A stretch of DNA of 64,000 nt. It comes from Sphyrna mokarran (Eukaryota). The notes under the pieces were generated by a model, which saw nothing but the letters and a program-made list of their open reading frames with translations, was not told where the DNA came from and made no database searches. The position numbers and the translations under genes were made by a program. The stretch covers positions 7,874,001 through 7,938,000 of the forward strand of contig JAGIQG010000011.1 in NCBI GenBank assembly GCA_024679065.1. The letters run 5' to 3'. Shown here in pieces: positions 36,501-48,500 of the stretch (the first letter of the stretch is position 1; the number at the start of each line of letters is the position of its first letter).

Positions 36501-39500
36501 GCCTCTAACTGTAATATGTGGCTAATCCTCCATGCTTCTTATGTTACAGGGCATAATCTTGTGCCCTCCCCCATGGCAAGTTTAGGCGGGGGAGAGAGGG
36601 GAGTGCAGTTGCGAGAGGTCTTCCCAGAAAGAAGCAACACAGGGCTCTCTCTGGCTCTCCAGTCAATGGCGAGAACACCAGTTGCCTCCATAAGATTCTG
36701 GATAAAGTCAGTGGCTGTAAACTCAGGGCTGGAAGAGAAAATTGAGTTTAAATATAATGATAAAGGCAAAATGATTTGGATGTTAGAATCTGAATAAAAA
36801 ACAAAAATGCTGGGAAATGCAGGTCTGATAGCATCTGTGGACAGAGTAGAACCAGTGTTGCGTCAAAATGACCCAGAAGACAAGGAAAATTGGACAAGTT
36901 TTATACTGTGAGGATGAGGGATGGGTTGACAGGGTTTTTTCTATGCCGTTCCTGTCATTTACAGCCCCCTCCAACTCCCCTTCCCCCTCACTCTCACAGT
37001 ATGAATCTTGTCTGATTTTTCTTAGTTGATACTTAGTTGATAAGTATATGTTTTACATATATATTAGTATTATATGTATTATATGTATTAGTTAGTATTA
37101 GTTAGTAATAATTAGTATTATATGTATTAGTTTTACTTAGTTGATAAGTATATGGAAGAGAAGGGAATGGTTTAGTTTGGAGGGGCATTGCTTTTTATAT
37201 TGGTCGGCGCAACATCGAAGGCCGAAGGGCCTGTTCTGTGCTGTAGTGTTCTATGTTCTATGTTCTTGTCTTCAGCTCTGACGAAGGGTCATTCTGGCTC
37301 GAAATATTAGCTCTATTCTCTCTTCACAGATGCTGTCAGACCTGTTCAGATTTTCCAGCATTTTCTGTTAAATACAATGAACTGGCTGTATTCCTTGACT
37401 GGAGAGACCTTCAGTCAAAGTTATGAATTCATGTGAGAGGCAGCTTCAGATGTCCCCTTATAGTTAAATTCTTCTTGTTTGGGTAAAGACATCTCAAGTT
37501 GGACTGAACTGCTGCTGTACGAACCTTGCTATGAAAAAGTGAATGAAAAAGGATTTTGTTTTTAGAAATAAGTATTTTCTTACTAAAAGGAAGAACTGAA
37601 TTGAACTAGGTTGGAGAGCGATGGTGGAGTGCAGTGGTGTTAATTACTTTGAGTTTTCGTGGATGAGAAGAGTAGGATATCCCTCACTGATTCCAAAGTT
37701 CTGTACATCAATACGATTCTGGTAGTATGCTTATAGGAGGCAGATTGGGAAAAGCAGAGGAATTCTTTCTTTAAAAGTATTTAATTGTCTCTGAATTGCT
37801 GTAAGGTGTCCTGTGGCTCTGAATGATGTTTTATAAAAGTAAATCCCTTGTTCCCTTTGATATCCAAGTATCTAGCCAAAGATTGGAGATGTTTTCCCTT
37901 ATTTTTACTGGCTGCTTGATGAGTTGATGAGTAAAATAGAACATTAGACTATAACTGGACTCCTTGAGATAAAGCAAAACAACAATGTTTTTACAGTTGC
38001 AATGATCTTAAAGCTAAAACACTGTTATCAACTACATGGCTTGGAGTCAATGGTCATGTCAGTTTATCAACAGTCTGACTGGAGAATGTATGAAGAGTGC
38101 ACATACGACCAGAGCAAAAGGAGGTTCATTACAAATAGTTAATGGAATTAGTCATAGCCCTATCATGCTTTAAACACCTCAGATAGCCTCTCCAATTGAA
38201 TTTCCTGGAATGTTACAATTTATTCTTTGTGAATTGAAAGCGTTTGACACTTATTTTTAAGCTAGTGAATGGCTAAGCTGCAAAGTCTTCTGAGGTTGCA
38301 GTTGAACCAACTGTGTGAGAGAGGTTTGGTAGTTTGATTTACCTTTACAGCCAGTCCTTCATTTCTTTCTGTTCAATTTGCATTTACATAGTGCCTTTAA
38401 CATAATAAAACATTCCAAGGCACTTCATAAGAATGGAATTTAACACTGAGCAACATAAGAAAATATTAGGGCAAGTAACTGATATTGGGCCAAAGCTGAA
38501 TCTTTTAAGGTGCATCTTAAAAGAAGAGAGGTTTTGGGACAGAATTCCAAAGCTTAGAGTCTTGGTAACTCAAGGCTGTTCAAGGTCACGTGGAAGTGTT
38601 TAAGAAAGTAGGGTGGATTAATACAAAAAAGCTATAGCTGAAGACATAGGTAATATGGGGTTGCTCCAGGAACATTGGGTAATACGTCAACATGGAAACA
38701 ACTGCACTGGACTCTGGAGTGACACATTCTAGCACTTACTGATACGAACAGAAAATTGTATACCATTGAGTCAAAAATTGAGTTGTTCATCGAGGTAAAT
38801 AATGTGTGGCACTTCAGATGTTCTTGCTAACCAGGCTGCCGACAACTCTTGTGCTGATCTAGCTGTCAGTTGATGATGAGGGAGAATTAGCCTTGTAAAC
38901 TGCATTGCATGTCTCAGAGGGAGGCCTTGTTTGCGAAGCAAGAATTAGTCTTAAAGATAATTGACAATGGAATAGCATTTCACGTTGATAGATCCCAATC
39001 ATATTTACATAATGGATGGTACGGTAACATAGTGGTTAGCACTGCTACTTCACAGCACCAGGGACCTGGGTTTGATTCCTGGCTTGGTCACTGTCTGTGT
39101 GGAGTTTGCATGTTCTCCCCGTGCCTGCATGGATTTCCTCTGGGTGCTCCAGTTTCCTCCCACATTCTGAAAGGCGTGCTGGTCAGATGCACTGACCTGA
39201 ACAGAGCGCTGGAGTATGGCAGCTAGGGGAATTTCACAGTAACTTCATTGTAGTGTTTACGTAAGCCTTACTTTTGACTAATAAATTAAAACAAATCCTA
39301 GTCAGACAGTTCAGTTTGACTGAGGTGACACTTGTCACAAGTTGGAGAATTTTTATGGATGTAAAACAGGCCTAACACTTTAACAGCACATAGACCAATC
39401 TATCCAATCATTGAACAATTGTCCAGGGATTCTTACTTAAGGCAGGCTTGGAAGCTGCCTGAATTGAATACAGGTTTAGTCTCATGCAAAACTAGCATTT

Positions 39501-42500
39501 CTAAGTCTGGGGCTGCAAAACCAGCAATCCTCAATGCAGTAAACATGCAGTAATGTCCAACAATGCTGCACTGTTTTCCCCTAATTCAGTATTAATGGAT
39601 AGATTTGTGGAATCTAGGTAACAATATTGGAATTATTAGACAAATAAAGACTAGGCTCTATAATTCTGGTGATCACATAACAAAAAAATGAATTATTGAT
39701 TAATCTTGGCAATCAGCTACAACTGACTGAGATATGAGGAGGGAAAACTCCAGCTAATGGAGAACATTCTCTGATTTGTACAAGAGATATTTCACATTTT
39801 TGTTCTGTGCACAGCCAGTTACTTGGGACCAGCTTCAAGGGGATCCAGTTGGGCAGCCAGTGGCTCATCTGTCTGCGATCAAGCATGCAACTGGAGAGGC
39901 CATTTACTGTGACGATATACCAAACCAGGAGGGAGAGCTCTTCTTGGCATTGGTCACCAGCTCCAGAGCTCATGCAAAGATTGTGTAAGTTAGCCAATTG
40001 CAAACCAAAATATTATTCTAGGGCATTCACTGAAAACTGTGTATTTACATGAGAACAATAATATTTTTAGGAAAAGGCAAAGCTGAAAAGCCACATTATC
40101 TATTATCCTTTCACATATTACCTATCCATTGATTCACCATATCCCTCAAACCACCCACTCACCTTCATACTATATCCTCCAAACCCAGTTTTTAAAAAGT
40201 ATTTTACAGAATATGGGCATCGCTGGCTAGGCCAGCATTTATTGGCTGTTACTAATTGCTCTTGGGAAAGTGGTGGTGAGCTGTTTTCTTGAACCTACTG
40301 CAGTTCATGTGATGTAGGTGCACATACTGTGCTGTTATGGATGGAATTCCAGAATTTTGACCCAGCTCCAGTGAAGGAACAGTGAAATAGTTCCAAGTTA
40401 GGATGGCAAGTGGCTTTGAGGGGATGTGGTTGTCCTTCTTTATGATAGATGTCTTAGAACTGGAAGGTGCTGTCTAAGAAGCCTGGTGAGTTGCTGCAGT
40501 ACATCTTGTACACATTAAACAATGATGCCACTGAATACTCTATTTGGAGTCTGCATGTTCTCCCCGTGTCTATGTGGGTTTCTCCCAGATACTCCAGTTT
40601 CCCCCCACAGTATTAAGGTGTGTAGGTTAGGTTGATTGGCCATTTTAAGCTCTATGAATCTCTATAACACAGGAGTCCAATGTCTGAACAGCAGAAGAGA
40701 ACCCTGATGGGGCAAGTAAACAGCCAGCAATTGTGGTCCACACTGGTGTCAACAATGAAGGTTGAAAGAGAAATACAGTTCTGCAGTCAGAATTTAGGGA
40801 GCCAGGTTGAAATGAGCAATCAGGACCTCAAAAGTAGTAATCTCCAAATAACTCCCAGGACTTTGTACAAGTGAATGGAGAAATAGATAAGATAAAGTCG
40901 CCATAGTCCATAAGCTGCTTTGTCCTGAATGGTGTCAGACTTCTTGAGTGTTGTTGGAGTTTCATTGATCCAGTCAAGGGGAGAGTATTCCATCAAGTTC
41001 CTGAATTATGCCATATAGATGATGGACAGGCTTTGGGGAGTCAGGAGGTGAGATACCAAGCACAAACTTCCTAGCCTCTGACCTGCTGTTGTAAGCCACA
41101 GTATTTATATGGCTGTGGATTTATATGGATCAGTAAATTTGCAGATGACACTAAAGTCGGTGGAGTGGTAGATAGTGAAGAGGGGTGTTATAGTTTACAG
41201 AGTGACTTGGACAAGTTGCAGAGCTGGGCCGAGAGGTGGCAAATGGAGTTTAATGTGGAAAAGTGTGAGGTAATGCACTTTGGCAGGAACAATAAATGTG
41301 TAGAGTATAGGGCTAATGGTAGGGCTCTTAATAGTGTTGAGGAACAGAAGGATCTTGGTGTATGTGTCAATAGATCCCTGAAAGTAGGCAGTCAAGTGGA
41401 TAAAGTTGTTAAGAAGGCATATGGAGTCTTAGCTTTTATTGGTAGGGGGATTGAATTTAGGAGCCGCAGCATCATGTTGCAACTGTACAAAACTCTAGTG
41501 CGGCCGCACTTGGAGTATTGTGTGCAGTTCTGGTCCCCACATTATAAGAAAGATGTGGAGGCATTGGAGAGGGTACAGAGGAGGTTTACCAGGATGTTGC
41601 CTGGTATGGAGGGCAGGTCCTATGAAGAGAGGTTGAAGGATTTGAGGTTGTTTTCGTTAGAAAGGAGGCGGCTAAGAGGGGATCTTATTGAAGCATATAA
41701 GATGATTAGAGGTTTAGATAGGGTGGACAGTGATAGCCTTTTTCCTAGGATGGAGAAAGCTAGCACGAGGGGACACAGCTTTAAATTAAGGGGTATGAGT
41801 TATAGGACGGATATCAGAGGTAGGTTCTTTACTCAAAGAGTGATTAGGGAGTGGAATGCCCTGCCTGCAGCTGTTGTAGATGCGCCAAGTTTGGTGGCGT
41901 TTAAGAGGTTAATTGATAAGTATATGGAAGAGAAGGGAATGGTTTAGTTTGGAGGGGCATTGCTTTTTATTTTGGTCGGCACAACATCGAAGGCCGAAGG
42001 GCCTGTTCTGTGCTGTAATGTTCTATGTTCTATGTTCTATGTTCTATGATTCCATTCAGTTTCTGGTCAATGTTAGCACATAGGATGTTGATAGCAGGGG
42101 ATTCAGAATGCTAATGCCACTGAATGTCAAAGAGAGATGGTTGGATGTTCTCTTGTTGAAGATGGGAACTGCCTGGCACTTATGAGGGGTAAATGTTACT
42201 TATATTTATCTGCCCATGCCTAAATGTTGTCCAGATCAGGCTGCATGCAGGCATGGATTGCTTCAGTATTTACTCTAACACCACCTGTTACCTTTTCATT
42301 TTATCCCTCAACCCTGTTTATCAATTTTCTCAGTAAGTCTCACAACACCAGGTTGAAGTCCAACAGGTTTATTTGGTAGCTATAGTGGCGTTTGCTACTA
42401 AATAAACCTGTTGGACTTTAACCTGGTGTTGTGAGACTTCTTACTGTGTTTACCCCAACCCAACACCGGCATCTCCACATCATGTCAATTTTCTTACTAG

Positions 42501-45500
42501 TCCAACCCATCTAGTTGTAGAATCACCAGGACTGTTCCTGCTGGGTTGAAAGCAGGAAGGGGGCATTCTGCTTCACTGGACAATGGGACGTAGGGCCACA
42601 CTTTCAAGGTAGCAGCTAATTAAGTCCAATTAAAGAAATCAGCCCAAATCCAAAAGCTGAAGGTTTTTAAAAGTACATTAACTTGCAGAATTGATTGATG
42701 TGTGATTGATTGCAAAAGCTTCCTGATACCCTTAAAGTTCAAACTATAAATTAAATAGCTTCTTCTCCACCTCAACAACACCATGAGCTAACAACAGGGC
42801 TGATTCCTTACATCCTGTTCCCCTTTCTCATTTAAAAGCTAATTACACTCTGCACTATTTATATCATATTATATCCCCTCAACCTTTCTCATGATCACAC
42901 CCAGATCACAATCTATCCCACTGTCCCATTTAACCTTGCAATCTCCCTTCTGGTGGCACTATGTCCTATGTAGTACACAACATCATTCACTGAGCTTTCT
43001 CCTGATCACACTATATGGCTCCAATATCGGCATCTACCCATGTATGTGGAAAATTGCCCAACTACATAATGCAGGACAAATCAAAACTGCCTATCAGTCT
43101 TCTCTCATTCATCAGCAAAGTGATGGACAATGTTATTGACAGTGCTATAAATTGAAAGTTACTCAGCAACCATCTATTCACTATACCCATTTAGCTTTCT
43201 TACGTCCTTCACGCAAACATGAACAAGGGATTTGGATTCAAGAGCTGAGGTAAGAGTGACTGTCTTTGACATCAAGGCAGCATTAGGCTCCGCTACAGGA
43301 GGGGGTGGGCTAGACTGGAACAGCAATAACAAGAGGAGATAAGGGAATAGAGCAACTTTTCTGTTGATGTAGGCAGGAATCTAGGATAGTATGTTGCCTT
43401 GTGGTGCCAGGTTCAAGGATGAAATGGTTAGCACTGCTATCTCATTGTGCCAGAGACCCAGGTTCAGTTCTATCCTTGGATGATTGTTTGTTTGGAATTT
43501 GCATGTTCTTCCTGTGTCTATGTGGGTTTCCTCCAGATGCTCCAGTTTCCCCCCACAGTACAAAGGTGTGTAGGTTAGGTTGATTTGCCATTTTAAACTT
43601 GATGAATCCCTATGGCACAGAAGGAGTCCAATGTCTGAACAGCGGAAGAGAACCCTGAAGGGGCAAGTAAACAGCCAGCAGTTGTGGTCCACACTGGTGT
43701 CAACAACAAAGGTTGAAAGAGAAATACAGTTCTGCAGTCAGAATTTAGGGAGCCAGGTTGAATTGAGCAATCAGGATCTCAAAAGTAGTAATCTCCAAAT
43801 AACTCTCAGGACTTTGTGCAAATGAATATAGAAATAGATAAGATAAAGTTGCCCTAGTCCCAGAAGACCATAAGCCGCTCTGTCCTTTGGGAGGAGGAGC
43901 TGACTGGTGGTTATTTAACCTGAGGTACAACACACCTCAAAGAGGAACAGGGCCTTCATGAATAACCATAGCCAGTACGGGAATTGAAAGCATGCTATTG
44001 GTATAACTCAGCAGCACAAACCAGTTGTCTAGCTGACTGAGCTAAACTGACCTCCAGAAATAGAAGAGTACATCAAAAAAGGACAGAGCAGCTTATGGTC
44101 GTCTGGGACTATGGCGACTTTATCTCATCTATTGCTATATTCACTTGCACAAAGTCCTGTGAGTTATTTGGAGATTACTACTTTTGAGGTCCTGATTGCT
44201 CATTTCAACCTGGCTCCCTAAATTCTGACTGCAGAACTGTATTTCTCTTTCAACCTTCATTGTTGACACCAGTATGGACCACAACTGCTGACTGTTTACT
44301 TGCCTCATCAGAGTTCTCTTCTGCTGTTCAGACATTGGACTTCTTCTGTGCCATAGGGATTCAGCGAGCTTAACAAATTGCCTACACGAGGGAGGCTTAG
44401 ATTCCTAAGAGATTGAGATCAGTTCTAGTGAAGATGGGACCTGAAGAGGCATGATGGATTGCACCCAAACAGATGCAGAACCAATTTTCTTGCATGGTAA
44501 TTTGCCAGTGCTACTGGGGAGGTTATACAACAACTTGGTAGGAGTGTGGGAACTAGGATACTAAAGAGGAATACCAAGGTGCAAAGAAGATTGTGCAAGA
44601 GTAGGAAATAGGAAAGTATTAGATAGATTCAGTGTGACAGGGAAAATAATAGAGTTTAAATTAGGGTTACTACTGTGCATGTAGGTGAATATACAAGTAT
44701 CGTAAATAAGAAGATAAATATTCAATGCAGATGGCCATATGAAAGTTTAAAGTTGTGGCAGTAAGAGTGACCTGGCTGAAAGAAGGGTAGCATTGTGTAT
44801 TAAATAATTCTGGAAAAAATAAAGGACAGGGGGAAGGTAGCATTATTGATTAAGGACAGTATTGCAATGCTGGAAGGCAAAGATGTGTCAGAGGGTCACA
44901 GATTCTGTATGCAAGTCTATATGAAAGCAAGACCCTGAGCTTTTAGTCACTTGTCACTTTAATTCCCCATCTTGCTCCCATTCTGGCCGTTCTTTACATG
45001 GCCTGCTGCAGTGGTTCAGTGAAGCTCAACACAAGCTGGAGGCACAATCCCTTCTCTTTCAACACTCTACAGCCTTCTGAGTTCAACAATAAGTTCAACA
45101 ATTTCAGATCGTAACCTCTGTCCCCATCTTGTTCAATGTGTTTTGTTTTGTCAGATCAGTTTGGCCTCATTTCTTTCTTTTATGTTGTGTTCAGATGGCT
45201 GCAATGTAGCCATTCATACCTCTTCTGGACACATTTTTTGTGTCTTTACTGTACACATTAATACTCTCTGAATTTTGCACTATGAAATCTTTTATCATTT
45301 AATCTCTCCTGACCCCATCTCTCTTTGATCTCACAGACCTTCTTTTTGGTCCTACCTATTCCCTCTTCCCTTCTACTGACTTAAAACTTATCTTTCTATT
45401 TTCCTGCTGTTCTGAGGAAAGTTCATCTGGAAGGAGGGGTGGTGGGTTAGCAAGTTTGGATGGGGGTGAAGAATTTGTCAGAAAGTAAAGGATGAAGTGA

Positions 45501-48500
45501 AGGAGAAGGGAAAGAGTGATGAGATTGAAGGTTATAAGAGGGAGAGTGTTGTTCCTACCAGACCTGTTGAGCATTTCCAACATTTTATGAATTTTTTTCC
45601 AAGTTTACTGATGATACAAAACTAGGTGGCAAAATAAATAGTGAAAACGACCAAAAACTGCAAAGGGAGACAGATCCCCTATTTAAAAATATTTAACATC
45701 CTTTTTCAAGTGTATGCAATGGTCTCAATTACAATTGGACATCAATAAATCTAATTTGAAATGAATTTGCTATCAAATTTGATAGTGTGCTCAAAGCTAT
45801 CATGTCACTCAAAGCTATATTCATATGCATTCAAAACTATCCAATGTACTCAAAGATATCCAGCGCATTCAAAGCTTTCAAAAAGCTCAGCTACTTGCAC
45901 TAAAAATACAAGTTATTTAAAATAATACCTGATTTAATCAGTTTTTCATTTGATCCAAAATCTTGTCCCACCAAACAGTGCATTCTTGAAAGCACCACCT
46001 GATTCCTATCAGTTCTTAATTAATTTCAGGCACAGAGTCTAAACTTTTCACTCGCTCACTTTACAGATTTCAAGATCTAAATTCTCATCCCACCCACTCT
46101 GCAGGCCTCAGGATCTAAACTCTCCTCCCACTATCTCCCACCAGTCTTCACACTCTCTTCTCACTCCCTCCAGTCTCTACATACTCGCCTTTATACCCTC
46201 CAGTCTCATCACTCTTCCCCCTCGCTCCCTTACTTCATCCTTTACCTTCTGACAAATTCTCTCCCTCCCTCCAAACTTGCTAACCACCCTTCTTCCAGTC
46301 TCTCTCTCTCCATACTCTCTTTGTTTGTTCCCTCGCTCCAGACTTTTCCTCTCTTAAAATTGTCCCTCCCTCTAAACCTTTCCCCTTTCCTCCAGCCCCC
46401 TTCAAAGTTTCTCCCTCATTCCCCCCTCACTTCAGTTCCCTCCAAACTCTCCCTCCAGTCTCCTGTCCCTGGGACCTCATCAATCTCACACTGGGTTTCG
46501 TTAGTCTCTCTCTTGGTCCGGTTAATCAGTGATCTCTCTTAGGCCTTGCTGACCTCTCTTTGGCCTCACTTATCTCTCTCTATGACTCACTGACCTCTCT
46601 ATGGTCTTTGCTGATCTCTCTCAGGCCTTGCTGACTTCTCTCTGGCCTTCACTGATCTCTCTCAGGCTTTGCTGACTTCTCTCATGCCTTCATGGACCTC
46701 TCCCAGGCCTTCATGGACCTCTCTCAGGCCTTCACTGACCTCTCTCAGGCCTTCCTGACGTCTCTTAGGCCTTGCTGATCTCTCTCTGGCCTTGCTCACC
46801 TCTCTGGGCCTCACTGATCTCTCTCTGGGCTGCACACCTTTCTTTGAACCTTATTGGTCTCTCTCAGTGTTGCCGACCTCTCTCTGGCCTTCAATGATCT
46901 CTATCTGGCCGTGCTGACCTATCCCTGGCCTTGCTGAGCTCCTTTTGGCCATATTGACCTCTCACTGGCCTTGCTGACCTTTCTTTGGGCCTTCAATGAT
47001 CTCTGTCTGGCCATGCTGACCTCTCCCTGGCCTTATTGAGCTCCCTCTGGCCATATTGACCTCTCACTGGCCTTGCTGACCTTTCTTTGGACCTCACTGA
47101 CCTCTCTCTGGGCCTTGCTCACCTCCCTTTGGCCATATTGACCTCTCACTGGCCTTGCAGACCTTTCTTTGGGCCTCACTGACCTCTCTCTAGGCCTCAC
47201 TGACCTCTCTCTGGGCCTTGCTCACCTCCCTTTGGCCATATTGGCCTCTCGCTGGCCTTACTGACCCCTCTTTGGGCCTCACTGACCTCTCTCTGGCCTT
47301 CACTGATCTCTCTCATGCCTTGCTGACTTCCCTCTTGCCTTCGTTCATCTCTCTCAGGTCTTGCTGATCTCTCTCTGGCTTTCACTGATCTCTGTCTGGC
47401 CTTGTTGACCTCTTGCTGGCCTTGCTGACCTCTCTCTCTGGCCTCTCTCTGGGCCTTACTGACCTCTCTCTGGGCTCACTGATCTCTCTCTGGCTTTCAC
47501 TGATCTCTTTCTGATCCCCACTGACCTCTCTCTCTGGGCCTCACTGATGTCTTTCTGAGCCCCACTGACCTCTCTCTCTGGGCCTCACTGATGTCTTTCT
47601 ACTCACTGATTTCTGTCTCTTGTCTTCACTGACTCTCTCTGGGCCTTACTGATCTCTCTCAGGCCTTCACTGACCTCTCTCTGGGCCTCACTGATCTACC
47701 TCAGGCCTTTACTGATCGCTCTCAGTCCATCACTGATCTTTCTCAGGTCTTCACTGACCTCTCTCGGGGCCTCACTGACCTCTCTCTGGGCCTTACTGAC
47801 CTCTCTCTCTGGGCCACATTGATCTCTGTCTAGCCCACATTGATCTCTGTCTGGACCATGTTGATTTCTCTCTGGCCTTACTAACCTCTCTCAGTCCATC
47901 ATTGATCTCTCTCAGACTCCACTGATCTCTCTCTGGCCTTCACTGACCTCTCTCATGCCATCACTGATCTCTCTCAGGCTTCATTAATCTCTCTTGGTCC
48001 TTCACTGATCTCTCTCGGCCCTTCACTGACCTCTCTCTGATCTCTCTGTGACCTTCACTGACCTCTCTCAGCCCTTCACTGACCTCTCTCAGGCTCATTG
48101 ATCTCTGTTTGGGCCTCACTGATCTCTTTCCAGCTCTCTTGACCTTCATGAATCACACGATTCCAGGACCGATGTCAAATCACTGCAGTGCTGCCTGGAA
48201 TTTTTACTTGCAATTTCCAGTGGATCTGTCAATAAAGATATTTAGTTGCTAGGAGAGGGAAGAAGGAGAAGAGGGAGGAAGGAGAAGGAGGATGGAGGAT
48301 GGATGGGGGAATGGAAAAGAAGAATTGATGGAGTAGGTGGAGGAGTGTGGGTGGGGGAGAGAATGGGAATGGACAGAGAGAGAAGGAAGAAAAGTGGGTG
48401 AGAGTGGGAGAGGAATGGGGAGGAAGGAGGTGAAAGAAGGGAAATAAGGGAGCAGGAGAAGACAGAGAGAATGATAGGGGAAGGGAGAAAGTGGGGAAAA

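Noticed and set aside
40680-44335. Three copies of a 64-81 aa ORF (MSEQQKRTL...) suggesting a novel micropeptide family
   Set aside because: Largely an off-frame reading of a decayed CR1 ORF1 esterase fragment that was locally duplicated; no evidence of coding selection.
25060-48150. CRISPR-like repeat/spacer arrays in the minisatellites
   Set aside because: Units are degenerate and contiguous without unique spacers, there are no cas genes, and the context is a vertebrate intron.
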